From assembly GCA_963422365.1 (NCBI GenBank), contig OY729426.1:1-64000 (forward strand): a stretch of 64,000 nucleotides of DNA, in the 5' to 3' direction. This document shows, one piece after another, positions 45,889-55,557 of this stretch (the first letter of the stretch is position 1; the number at the start of each line of letters is the position of its first letter). The stretch is from Nitrospirales bacterium. Lineage in GTDB: Bacteria > Nitrospirota > Nitrospiria > Nitrospirales > UBA8639. The notes beneath the pieces were generated by a model. It searched no databases. It was not told the DNA's origin and saw only the letters and a list, made by a program, of their open reading frames with translations. Made by a program: the position numbers and the translations under genes.

Positions 45889-47626
45889 CTAAAAGCGCGC
45901 CGTGAAGGTGAAGAATACGCGCCGCGAGTCGACATCAATCGTTCGCGAGTCAGTTTTTTTGATCAGCGGCCAGGCGATCTCAAATGACCCTGACAGGTGA
46001 TCAGTGAAATTCAAACGAACGCCACCGCCTGCCGACGCCAGCTGCGTGTTTTCATCCAGCACCAGCGCACCAGGGTCCTTCCGCCACACTCCGCCGATAT
46101 CGGAGAAGCCGTATAGCTGATACCCCTCCACCAGAGCCGAGGCGCCGAGATTGTGCCCGTAGCGCAGTTCCCCGAGAAGGCAGCCCCCCTGGTCGCCTGT
46201 CACTTCCGAGGGGTCGTACGCTCGGCCACAGCGCTCGCCCCCAATCCCGAATTCCTCCGACGCCAGCAGCTTGGACAACGCATACTGGGACGTGAAATTG
46301 GCAAACAGTGACCAGTGGCTGCTGATCCGTTGCAGGCGCGATAGAGTCAACTGGAACTTGGTGAAGTTTGTACGCCCTTTCTGGCGCGACAGTTCCGTCG
46401 AGCCGTTACTCGATGCACCCAAAATGCTCATCCCCTGGTTGAGGTCCAGCCCAAGCCGATTCACGCCGCCGAAACGGTCCACGGAATCATACAGCACGCC
46501 TACCCTGATAAAGCGCAGATGATCTCTTGACAGCCGCGCGCCGAAAATGGTGGTCTCGCTGTTGCGAGCCACAAATTCGGCATACAGCGAGACATTCTTT
46601 GCGCGCGAGCGGATGACAGGGGTGGTGCCCCCCACCCGAAAGGCGTGGGACTTGCTTTCGATGTGCAGCTTCTTCAGCGTATACCCAGGCTCCGACTCCG
46701 TGCGGGTCACTTGAAGGTACAGCTTCTCGCCGTCAGTGCCGATTTGACGCTCATGCCCGACCTCATAATACCTCAACTCATCCGGCTGCTGGGCGACGAC
46801 GACTCTTCCCGTTATTCGATCATAATAGCCGGACAGCGAGTTGACCCCCGCCCCCAGCCACGCCTGATAGGGACCGTTGAATTTGCTGCCACGGTTGTCA
46901 ACGCGCATAAAGCCATCCGCCAGAGTGTCCTTGATATCAATGATCAGTTCCGAGGCACCCGGCGTCTCCTTGGCCGCGCCTATCACTGCCTGCGACGTGA
47001 CGCCGGGCAGATCGTTGAAAAGCAGCAGATAGCGCTCCAGTACATCGATAGTCAGCGGACGTGCACTCTTGATCTTATTGGCGTAGGCATCGAGTAGCAA
47101 ACGCCGGCCACCATGTACCTCGCCTTCAATCCGTACCGCATTGATGTACCCTTCCACAACCCGGATCCGAACGACCCCCTCGGTAATCGTCTGCGGCGGC
47201 AACAGCGCCCGTGACAGGACATAGCCGTCGTTTCGGTACTTGGCCGTGATCGCCTCGGCAATATCGAACACGGAAGCGAGCGAAATTTCCTGGCCAAGCT
47301 GCTCTTCGTACAGAGATACTAACTCTGCTTCTGAATAAACAGTCGAGCCTTCCACAACCACCTCTGTCAGATCTACAGTGATCTCTCCCTCTTCCTCTGC
47401 CGATCTCCTGCGCTCGGCCTCGGGGATTAAGAACTCGGGAGTCGACCTTGGCACCGCAGGCATCTGCAAGTACTGCTCGATCTGACCGGGGGCTGTTTTA
47501 GGGGGGGGGGGGGGGGGGGGATTGTGCCTTCACTTTGCCTGCCGGAGATATCACGGCACAAAGCGCAACAGCGAAAAACGTAGACAGCCAGATGTAGAAA
47601 CGATGGGAGAGAACTAGAAAACCCAT
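45889..47626 (-). pseudogene. TpsB transporter copy 2, out of frame at the poly-C tract (578 aa if the tract were C19)
   Basis: The 526-aa body is identical to copy 1. ATG 47626 gives MGFLVLSHRFYIWLSTFFAVALCAVISPAGKVKAQS, then P6 and TAA at codon 43. One C fewer restores ..P-K-T-A-P-G-Q-I-E-Q-Y-L-Q-M-P. Confidence 0.88.
47501..47520 (+). repeat. G20 homopolymer (C20 in tpsB2 coding strand)
   Basis: Counted directly. Confidence 0.9.
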
Positions 47627-47669
47627 AAGATCTTGACGGACACGTGTCGTACGACTACTCAATCAGATA

Positions 47670-47709
47670 ATTATAAAAAAATATAAACGAAAAAGGAATG
47701 AATAGTCAA
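47670..47709 (-). promoter_or_regulatory. Candidate sigma70 promoter of tpsB2
   Basis: Minus-strand TTGACT (47709-47704), 18 nt, TATATT (47685-47680). There is also a TATAAT at 47675-47670 in an AT-rich patch. Confidence 0.5.
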
Positions 47710-47858
47710 TCGTTTTGTAGACAATGGATGAGTCCCCTTTTTATGCAGGATGCGCTTTCTGGAATGATGCAAGCTGAAGCCACTGATTCATAAGTCAGCC
47801 TTCCGGTCCTGCTACCCGTATTTTCTTCGACAAGGCCCTCCCCCGATCACGGTTTTTT

Positions 47859-47888
47859 TTGACTCTCCTGATGCCGACGTTTTATAGT
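47859..47888 (+). promoter_or_regulatory. Candidate sigma70 promoter
   Basis: TTGACT, 18 nt, TATAGT upstream of the 47958 gene. Confidence 0.5.
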
Positions 47889-47957
47889 CAATGAATGGTT
47901 TCTCAGAATAGCCTACGCCAACTCAACATCCAAACGGCCAAAACGAGGGACTGTTTT

Positions 47958-48476
47958 GTGCGGCCCCACCTCCTCCTTCTCGTGCTGGGAGGAAGCCTTT
48001 GTGGCCTTTGGTCCGGACAGGCAATGGCCGAGCATCCCTCCACGACTCCCATGCCGTTTGAACGGGTCAAAAAATTAGTGGGAACCTGGCAGGGGCACAA
48101 GCAAGCACTCAATGGGCAGGAAGTCATCACCGTCGACTATTCATTAACGGCAAACGGCACGGCAGTGGTCGAACGAGTCTTCCCCGACACTCCTAAAGAA
48201 ATGGTGTCGATTTATACACAAGACGGGCACGAAATGGTCATGACACATTATTGCCTGTTGGGCAACCAGCCACGCATGCGAACCAGCAGCCCGATGAATG
48301 AACGTTCCATGACCCTGTCCTATATGGATGGGACGGGCATGCGTTCCTCTCGCGACATCCATATGCACGAGCTCACCGTTACCTTTGTCGACGACCGCCA
48401 TATGACGCATGAATGGACGTTATTCGAGAACGGCCAGAAAAAAGTCACCCATATGTTTGCCTTTGCTCGACAATAA
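47958..48476 (+). CDS. Exported hypothetical protein (beta-rich; MTHYC..GNQPRM and HMH motifs)
   Basis: GAGGGA RBS 7 nt before GTG 47958 and signal peptide MRPHLLLLVLGGSLCGLWSGQAMA. The ORF track starts at 47895. Confidence 0.75.
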   Translation: MRPHLLLLVLGGSLCGLWSGQAMAEHPSTTPMPFERVKKLVGTWQGHKQALNGQEVITVDYSLTANGTAVVERVFPDTPKEMVSIYTQDGHEMVMTHYCLLGNQPRMRTSSPMNERSMTLSYMDGTGMRSSRDIHMHELTVTFVDDRHMTHEWTLFENGQKKVTHMFAFARQ

Positions 48477-48607
48477 CTCAAGAACGACCATTACGTCTTT
48501 TTCTCGTCTCATCGCAAGACTCTCTTCCTTCGCCTTTCCCGGAGACCCCGTTGGGCCGAAGGTATCCCCCTTGATTCCCTCCCGATACGCTACGCTGCAG
48601 GCATAGG

Positions 48608-48643
48608 TCTTTGTCGCGGCACCATCTCATGGTGCCTTCTTCC
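48608..48643 (+). repeat. Intergenic palindromic repeat (REP-like)
   Basis: tctttgtcgc-ggcaccat-ctc-atggtgcc-ttcttcc, with relatives at 55298-55342, 55458-55492 (inverted) and 59596-59632. Confidence 0.65.
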
Positions 48644-48754
48644 AGGCCGCATGCGGTGCGGCTCCTGCAACTACAATAGCACGAGGCCCTGGCCGGGCCG
48701 TGACCCAAGATATGGCTTGACCATGAATTTCGCCGGATCGTGAAACGGGCACGT

Positions 48755-49261
48755 TCAAATGTCCAGAATCTCCACAGCCTGCCAGTCCTGCGAGTTCGTT
48801 GAATCGGCTCGAATGAGTTGGAGTTGTGAGACAAGAAAGGTGCGAGGAAGGTCCGTCGGCAAGGATTTGATAATATCTTGCTTCATTCTTGCGGGAAACA
48901 GCCCGTACAAGAGACTGACGTGCGGGTCAAAGAATCTCGTCGATTTTCTGCCGAAAATCTGCAGGGCCTGTTGATGAGCCTCTAGTATGGGCAGAGATGG
49001 CTTGACCGGAAGAAAGAGGCATCGAAAATATTGCGATTCATAACCCGGCTCCTTGATCTGAGCCTCAAAAGGACAAAGCACATGCGCTAATTGTTTCGTG
49101 AGGTCGGCAAGGGGTTCCTCTTCTCCTTCGAGTTTTCCAAGCAGGGTGAGATGGGGGTCGAACTTGGGGCCACGATACAGCGCACTCAACCCAGAGATAA
49201 CGCCGGCAAGTCGGTTGTAAGCCTCGCCTGTCGGGACAAGCCAGAGATGGAACGTACTCAC
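48755..49261 (-). CDS. 2H phosphoesterase / cyclic phosphodiesterase (CPDase-like)
   Basis: Two HxT/S motifs, FDPHLTL and FDPHVSLLYG, plus N-terminal LWLVP. Confidence 0.85.
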   Translation of the reverse strand: MSTFHLWLVPTGEAYNRLAGVISGLSALYRGPKFDPHLTLLGKLEGEEEPLADLTKQLAHVLCPFEAQIKEPGYESQYFRCLFLPVKPSLPILEAHQQALQIFGRKSTRFFDPHVSLLYGLFPARMKQDIIKSLPTDLPRTFLVSQLQLIRADSTNSQDWQAVEILDI

Positions 49262-49286
49262 AAACGGGGCTCGATGATCCGCGCGG

Positions 49287-51116
49287 TTACTCCACGGTCA
49301 CGCTTTTCGCCAGATTGCGCGGGTGGTCGACATCGATATTTCGGAGTATCGCAATATGATACGCGAATAATTGAAGCGCGACCGTAAAGGGAATCGGTGA
49401 GAGCAAGGCAGGGGCGTTGGGAATCCTGAAGACACAGTCGGCTAAGGCTTCAAGGTCTCGTTCCCCCTCACTCACAAACGCAATGACCGGTGCGTTGCGC
49501 GCTTTGACTTCCATAAGATTGCTCACGGTTTTTTCGTACAACCGGTCCCGCGGGGCCAGCACCACCACCGGCATGTCTTCGTCGATCAGAGCAATGGGGC
49601 CATGCTTCATTTCTCCCGCCGCATACCCTTCCGCGTGAATGTAGGAAATTTCTTTGAGCTTCAGTGCTCCTTCCAAAGCAATCGGATAATTGATCCCACG
49701 TCCAAGATAGAAAAAGTTGTTCTTTTGGTAAAACCGTTTCGCCAGTGACACGAATTCGGCTTCTCGTTTGATGACGTGTTCCACGTGCTTGGCCAGGGCC
49801 ATAAATTGATCCAGCCACCATTGACCATCTTCTACACTCAAGATTTGGCGAACTCTCCCTATGTGCAAGGCTAAGAGATACACGACCATGACCTGACCGA
49901 TGAAGGCCTTGGTCGATGCCACACTGATCTCCGGGCCACAACGGGTATAAATCACGCCGTCGGATTCCCTGGCCAGCGTGCTGCCGACGACGTTCACAAT
50001 CGACAGGACGTGCGCGCCCAATCGTTTGGCCTCTCTGGCAGCAGCCAGTGTATCCGCGGTTTCTCCTGATTGAGAAAGGGCAATAAAGACGTCCCCTTCC
50101 TGAACCATCGGGTTGCGATACCGGAATTCGGAGCCGATATCGACTTGGACCGGGTGGCGAACGAGTTCCTCGAATAAATATTTCCCGACCAGGCCGGAGT
50201 GCCAAGACGTTCCACACGCGACAATCCACATCGACCGGGCATTCCTCAGTTGATCCGGCGTTATCGCCAAATCCGGCAAATCCGCTTCACCCGAGTCATA
50301 ACTGAATCGACCCCGCAGCGTATCGAGAATGGCCTGTGGTTGCTCATGAATTTCTTTGAGCATAAAGTGAGGGTACCCGCCTTTTTCCACGGCTTCCGCA
50401 TTCCAGTCGATTTGGACCATTTCCCTGTGGGCGGGTTGTCCCTCCGCACCGGTCACCGTCATGCTAAGTGGCGTTAGCGTCCCGATATCCCCGTCTTCTA
50501 AAAATATCACATTGCGGGTATGGGCGAGTAACGGCGTCACGTCGGAGGCCAGAAAGAAGGCCTTTTTACTTTGCCCGAGAACCAAAGGACACCCCGATTT
50601 GGTCACGACCAGGGTATCGGGGTCGCTCACACACATACCGGCAATTGCGTAACTCCCATGTAATTGCCAAATCGTTGTTTGAAACGCCTGTTGGAGGGAT
50701 TGCCCCTCTTCCATATGAAATGCCAATAAATGGGCGATCACTTCGGTATCCGTCTCGGATTCGAAATGATACCCCGCGTTTTCCAGTCGCTGTTTGTGGG
50801 CCAGATAATTTTCAATAATGCCGTTGTGAACGATGATGACGTTCCCTGAACGATGGGGATGGGCGTTTTGTTCGGAAGGTCTGCCATGCGTGGCCCATCG
50901 CGTATGCCCGATCCCTGCCGTTCCAAAGAGGTGTTCTTGTTTCAGCGCTGCTTCCAAATGAAGTAATTTGCCGACGCTTCGGCGGATCTCAATCCGGCCG
51001 TGCTGCAACACGGCAATCCCTGCCGAATCGTATCCTCGATACTCCAGACGCTTCAGGCCCTCCAGGAGCACATTGGCGGCATTGTCATTCCCGATATATC
51101 CTATAATTCCACACAT
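49287..51116 (-). CDS. glmS: Glutamine--fructose-6-phosphate aminotransferase
   Basis: MCGIIGY, LEYRGYDSAG, GHTRWATHG and PRNLAKSVTVE motifs. Confidence 0.98.
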   Translation of the reverse strand: MCGIIGYIGNDNAANVLLEGLKRLEYRGYDSAGIAVLQHGRIEIRRSVGKLLHLEAALKQEHLFGTAGIGHTRWATHGRPSEQNAHPHRSGNVIIVHNGIIENYLAHKQRLENAGYHFESETDTEVIAHLLAFHMEEGQSLQQAFQTTIWQLHGSYAIAGMCVSDPDTLVVTKSGCPLVLGQSKKAFFLASDVTPLLAHTRNVIFLEDGDIGTLTPLSMTVTGAEGQPAHREMVQIDWNAEAVEKGGYPHFMLKEIHEQPQAILDTLRGRFSYDSGEADLPDLAITPDQLRNARSMWIVACGTSWHSGLVGKYLFEELVRHPVQVDIGSEFRYRNPMVQEGDVFIALSQSGETADTLAAAREAKRLGAHVLSIVNVVGSTLARESDGVIYTRCGPEISVASTKAFIGQVMVVYLLALHIGRVRQILSVEDGQWWLDQFMALAKHVEHVIKREAEFVSLAKRFYQKNNFFYLGRGINYPIALEGALKLKEISYIHAEGYAAGEMKHGPIALIDEDMPVVVLAPRDRLYEKTVSNLMEVKARNAPVIAFVSEGERDLEALADCVFRIPNAPALLSPIPFTVALQLFAYHIAILRNIDVDHPRNLAKSVTVE

Positions 51117-51183
51117 AAGTTGTCAGTCTGAGCCCTTCTCAAAAATGGCATGCGCCCAAGCCCCACAGAACCAGCCAGCAAGG

Positions 51184-52659
51184 CTAATCATCCGGGGGGG
51201 TCTTCCCGGTACGAGAATGAGGTTTGGACTTTTTGACTGGTGACTTTACGTCTTGATAAGAGGCTCGTCGTCGGGACGCCCACTCTTCATGGGTGACCTG
51301 TTGGCTTCTTGATAACGCAAGCGCATTGGCAGGCACATCTTGCGTAATCGTCGATCCTGCCCCCACAACGGCCCCCTTCCCCATTTTGACGGGAGCGATC
51401 AGTTGCGTATCACTCCCAATGAACACCTCATCCTCGATAATCGTCCGTTCTTTTCGGTATCCGTCATAATTGCACGTGATCGTCCCCGCCCCGATATTGA
51501 CCTGTTTCCCCACGGAGGTATCACCCAAATACGTCAAATGATTCGCTTTGGATTCGGGACCCAGTTCCGTATTTTTTAATTCAACGAAATTCCCGACTTT
51601 AGCCTTTTTTCTCAGAATCGAGCCAGGACGAAGGTGCGCAAACGGCCCGACCGTGGCATGGTCCTCTATGACCGCACCGTCTACCAAAGAATTATCCGCA
51701 ATGGTGACGGCATTCCCAAGCACGCTATTCGTCACCCGAGAAGAGGATCGAATCAGGCATTCGGTCCCGATTTCCGTTTGACCTTCTAATGTCACCCCAG
51801 GGTATAACACGGTATCCGGACCAATCCTGACCCCATCATCGATAAACGTCGTCCGAGGATCGAGCATGGTCACGCCCTCCTCCAACCATCGCGTCCGAAT
51901 GCGTTGCCGCATCGCCTGTTCGACGAGAGCCAGATGCTCTCGGGTATTGACCCCAACACATTCCGAGGGATCAGCGATCTTCATGCCCACAACCCGACAC
52001 CCCTCGGTCACGGCCAGGCCCACGATATCGGTCAGATAATACTCTCCTTGAGCATTATGAGCGTGAATCACGGCCAACGTCTTAAATAAAAACTGCGTTT
52101 CAACCACATAGGTTCCGACGTTCACTTCGTGGATGGCGCACTCAGCTCGAGTGGCATCCTGATCCTCTACCACTTTGAGGACGTGCCCTTTTTTCCCTCT
52201 GACGACACGGCCATAGCCTCGGGGATCAGGCAAATCAGCACTCAAAATGGTCAAGGTGGCTTTTTCGTTTGCATGATGGTCCAATAACTGTTCGATGGTC
52301 TCTCGCCTCAGCAAAGGCGTATCCGCATTGACAATGAGGCAATGCTTGCACGCAGCCTTCCCGTTGGGCATCAAGGCTGCTTTGGCTTGTTGCACCGCAT
52401 GGCCAGTCCCCAACTGATCAGGTTGAAGGACTATATCGAAAGGATCGAGTGCTGATTTGGATTGTTCGAGAAAAGCCCGCACCCGTTCAGCTTGATGGCC
52501 AATGATCACCACCACGTGCGCATCCACGACTTGTCTGGCTAACGAGACCATATACCAGACCAGAGGTCTCCCTGCGACGGGGTGCAGAACTTTAGCCTTT
52601 TGGGACCGCATGCGTTTTCCTTGGCCCGCGGCGATGATAATCGCAGAACATTTCTTCAT
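51184..52659 (-). CDS. glmU: Bifunctional UDP-GlcNAc pyrophosphorylase / glucosamine-1-P acetyltransferase
   Basis: AAGQGKRMRS..KVLH, QLGTGHAV, GEYYLTD, HLTYLGD and GAGTITCNYDG motifs. Confidence 0.97.
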   Translation of the reverse strand: MKKCSAIIIAAGQGKRMRSQKAKVLHPVAGRPLVWYMVSLARQVVDAHVVVIIGHQAERVRAFLEQSKSALDPFDIVLQPDQLGTGHAVQQAKAALMPNGKAACKHCLIVNADTPLLRRETIEQLLDHHANEKATLTILSADLPDPRGYGRVVRGKKGHVLKVVEDQDATRAECAIHEVNVGTYVVETQFLFKTLAVIHAHNAQGEYYLTDIVGLAVTEGCRVVGMKIADPSECVGVNTREHLALVEQAMRQRIRTRWLEEGVTMLDPRTTFIDDGVRIGPDTVLYPGVTLEGQTEIGTECLIRSSSRVTNSVLGNAVTIADNSLVDGAVIEDHATVGPFAHLRPGSILRKKAKVGNFVELKNTELGPESKANHLTYLGDTSVGKQVNIGAGTITCNYDGYRKERTIIEDEVFIGSDTQLIAPVKMGKGAVVGAGSTITQDVPANALALSRSQQVTHEEWASRRRASYQDVKSPVKKSKPHSRTGKTPPDD

Positions 52660-53273
52660 CGATTGTTCTTCATAGTCTTACCGGAAGAATAGAGGCCCCC
52701 TGATACAATCAATTTCATGGCTTCTTCCACGCTCATGTCCACGGAGACCACTTCCCCTTCCGGGACCAACAAAAAGTACCCGGAAGTGGGATTGGGCGAG
52801 GTCGGGACATAAACATGGACCAAGGGTTCCGGCGCTAAGGTTTGAACCTCTTCTCTGGTCTCCCCGGTCACAAAGGCCAAGCAGTAGTTCCCGTCTTTCG
52901 GGAATTGAATCATCACCACTTTGTTGTATTTTTCCCGTTGTTTAAACGACAGGATATCCATCATCGATTTCAGGGTCGCATAAATCCCACGGACAAGAGG
53001 CACTCGTTCCAAAAATTCTTCCCATCGTTGAACCAAGCGACCTCCAATATAATTCGTCCCCATAAACCCTGCGAATACAATCAGAAAGAGGAGCGTCAAG
53101 ATCCCTAACCCCGGCACATAGTAGTCTTCGGTCACGACTTCGGCCAGCATATTCCCTAAAATACTGTCCACGGTGACAAAAAGGGTTTTGAGGATGAGGA
53201 CCGTTCCCCAAATAGGAGTGACCACTAACAGGCCCGTGAGAAAATATCGTTTCAATGCCGTGCTTGATATCAT
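52656..53273 (-). CDS. DUF502 (COV1-like) membrane protein
   Basis: RYFLTGLLVVTP, RVPLVRGIY, VYVPTSPNPTSGY and MSVEEAMKLIVSGG motifs. Confidence 0.9.
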   Translation of the reverse strand: MISSTALKRYFLTGLLVVTPIWGTVLILKTLFVTVDSILGNMLAEVVTEDYYVPGLGILTLLFLIVFAGFMGTNYIGGRLVQRWEEFLERVPLVRGIYATLKSMMDILSFKQREKYNKVVMIQFPKDGNYCLAFVTGETREEVQTLAPEPLVHVYVPTSPNPTSGYFLLVPEGEVVSVDMSVEEAMKLIVSGGLYSSGKTMKNNR

Positions 53274-53409
53274 AGTGCGTAAAAGTTCAGACGGCGAACA
53301 GACCCAACTGACGAGCGTTTCAACGGATTCAGGCTGAATGTTACAAACATGGGGGCTTTACTTCAACTCCTTTTCTTGCGAATATCAATAGGTTAGATTA
53401 CGATGCACC

Positions 53410-54135
53410 GTGGCAACCAGGAGATCGCAAGGAACACCATCCAGGGTAAACCGTTCCCGTCGGAAGGGCCTCTTTATCACGTTCGAGGGAATCGAAGGAA
53501 GTGGAAAATCAACCCAATCCCATGCCATCACCCAATACCTTCAGTCCAAAGGATTTTGGGTGATTGAAACACGGGAACCCGGCGGCACCCCCGTGGCGGA
53601 ACACATTCGAGAGGTGTTTCTTCGCCCCACCCGCAAACTTCACTCGACAGATCCTCTCATTCCGGAATGCGAAGTGGCCTTGATTTTGGCAGCCAGAAGC
53701 CAACACGTGGCCAAGCGGCTTCTGCCGGCCCTACAGCAAGGGGCCATTGTCGTCTGCGATCGGTTTTCCGACTCAACATTGGCGTACCAGGGGTTCGGCA
53801 GAGGATTACCCGTACGCGAGCTTCAGACGCTCACTCGTTGGGCCGCACGGGGCTTGACGCCCGACGTGACCTTTTTGTTTGATCTGACTGTGTCCCAAGG
53901 GTTGAGACGACGATTACAAAGCAAAGACGTGAATCGGCTGGATCAGGAAACAGCGGCCTTTCATCAGCGCGTTCGGAAAGGATTTCTGAGCTTGGCCCAA
54001 CAATCGTTCCGACGCATTCATACCATTAACGCCGGCCGATCGGCCCACACGATTGCCCGGCAACTCATCACGTTGGTCGACCCCCTGATCGAAGAAGGTC
54101 TGAAGACGCGACGCCTTACGTTCAAGCGTTCGTAA
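53410..54135 (+). CDS. tmk: Thymidylate kinase
   Basis: FITFEGIEGSGKSTQ, TREPGGT and CDRFSDSTLAYQGFGRG motifs. Confidence 0.96.
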   Translation: MATRRSQGTPSRVNRSRRKGLFITFEGIEGSGKSTQSHAITQYLQSKGFWVIETREPGGTPVAEHIREVFLRPTRKLHSTDPLIPECEVALILAARSQHVAKRLLPALQQGAIVVCDRFSDSTLAYQGFGRGLPVRELQTLTRWAARGLTPDVTFLFDLTVSQGLRRRLQSKDVNRLDQETAAFHQRVRKGFLSLAQQSFRRIHTINAGRSAHTIARQLITLVDPLIEEGLKTRRLTFKRS

Positions 54136-54152
54136 CACGTTCGACTGCCCCT

Positions 54153-55169
54153 ATGCCATTTGCAGACGTCATCGGTCAGGAAGGACCGAAAAGGAAAATT
54201 CGGACGGCGCTGGCTCAGCAGACCATCGGCCACGCCTACCTCTTTTCAGGAGATGAAGGAATCGGCAAACGCCTCATGGCCTTGAGGTTTGCCCAAGCCC
54301 TCTCCTGCGAAACGCCTTCGTCATCGTCTCAACCGGATTCCTGCGGTCAGTGTCGAGCCTGTCAGCAAATTGCCGCTGCCACCTATCCCGATGTATTGGG
54401 CATCCAACCCGAGCAGGAGAAAGCCAACCCACAAATCAAAATCGAACAGGTCCGCGAGATCGAACGCCACATGATGTACCGGCCGCTGTTGAGCGCACGT
54501 AAAATCTGCGTCATTGACGATGCCGATCGGCTCACCGCCAATGCCGCCAATGCGTTTTTGAAAACGCTCGAAGATCCTCCTGAACACAGCCTCTTTATTT
54601 TGGTGACCAGTCAGCCCTTACGGCTGTTGGCCACCGTGCGGTCTCGCTGTTTGACGCTACGGTTTTTGCCCGCGACTGCTGAGCAATTCGAAGGGGCTCT
54701 TGCCCTGAAACAGGCCCTGGCGACTGAGGACTCCCGATTTCTTTCTCAGCTTTGTGGAAACCGTATTGGTGTGGCCCTGCGCACGGACCTTTCCCAACTT
54801 CGTCGGCAGCACGACCAGTTTTTTCAATTATGCCGAGACCAGACCCTCGCCCCTCTCACGGCCATTCTCCAACAGGCCGAAGAACTCTCGAAAACCCAAC
54901 AATTCTCAGACGTGATCGACTGGCTCTCCCATGGACTTCGTGACGTCCTGCTGATGACCCTGGGGGCTGAGAAAGACCTCCTCTTACACCAGTCTCAACT
55001 CTCTTTGCTTCAACAAGTTGCCGAATCGCTGACCCCAACGGGGGTTGTCGATCTCCTGGACTTCTTGCAAACCCTGGAGCAGGCGCCCACACAAAATTTG
55101 AATCTCCAACTCTGCCTGGAAAATTTCCTGTTTCGCTTTCATCACGTGATCCACCGTGACGCCACCTGA
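54153..55169 (+). CDS. holB: DNA polymerase III delta' subunit
   Basis: HAYLFSGDEGIGK, Zn module CGQCRAC, AANAFLKTLEDPP and TVRSRC. Follows tmk. Confidence 0.94.
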   Translation: MPFADVIGQEGPKRKIRTALAQQTIGHAYLFSGDEGIGKRLMALRFAQALSCETPSSSSQPDSCGQCRACQQIAAATYPDVLGIQPEQEKANPQIKIEQVREIERHMMYRPLLSARKICVIDDADRLTANAANAFLKTLEDPPEHSLFILVTSQPLRLLATVRSRCLTLRFLPATAEQFEGALALKQALATEDSRFLSQLCGNRIGVALRTDLSQLRRQHDQFFQLCRDQTLAPLTAILQQAEELSKTQQFSDVIDWLSHGLRDVLLMTLGAEKDLLLHQSQLSLLQQVAESLTPTGVVDLLDFLQTLEQAPTQNLNLQLCLENFLFRFHHVIHRDAT

Positions 55170-55186
55170 ACAAAATGATAAGTCTG

Positions 55187-55208
55187 AGAGCCGTGGGAAC
55201 ACGGCTCT
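55187..55208 (+). other. Perfect 9-bp hairpin after holB
   Basis: agagccgtg-ggaa-cacggctct. It has no U-tract, so it is not a clear intrinsic terminator. Confidence 0.5.
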
Positions 55209-55240
55209 GGGATAGAAACGTGCCGTATCGCACCGCTTCT

Positions 55241-55502
55241 CGTCATTCCCGCATGGGTTCACTCATTCGTTGACAGAATACGAGGCTGGCTCCCTTCTCT
55301 TTCTACTTGTAACGGCGCCATCTATCTCATGGCGCTCTTTCCGGGTAGGTTTATGACGCCTGTTCTGTTTGATTGTAACGACGAGACTCCTGTGCAGGGG
55401 CAAAGACCTTGCCTTATCACGCCTTTCTCTTTATTGTCGCCCTTTTCCGGTTCACATGAAGAAAGCGCCATAGGATGGCGCGACGACAAAGAAAAATGAC
55501 CG
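55241..55502. repeat. Composite intergenic repeat element with two inverted GCGCCAT-n-ATGGCGC palindromes
   Basis: Stems at 55315-55335 and 55465-55481 lie in opposite orientation. 55257-55342 resembles 59555-59632. Confidence 0.6.
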
Positions 55503-55557
55503 GTTTTATTTGAGTGTAGCGGTGCGATCTCCTCGCGGCTCAGAACATTGAATCAAC

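Larger units (their letters stand above)
26171..47626. repeat. Tandem segmental duplication, unit 2
   Basis: Same gene order as 9226-26028, but longer because tpsA has more repeats. Confidence 0.92.

Noticed and set aside
48478..48834. 118-aa minus-strand ORF and similar short overlapping ORFs elsewhere
   Set aside because: They overlap better-supported genes or repeat-containing intergenic DNA and show no recognisable motifs.
51117..51183. glmS ribozyme
   Set aside because: Only 67 nt separate glmU and glmS, which is too short, and no recognisable core is present.
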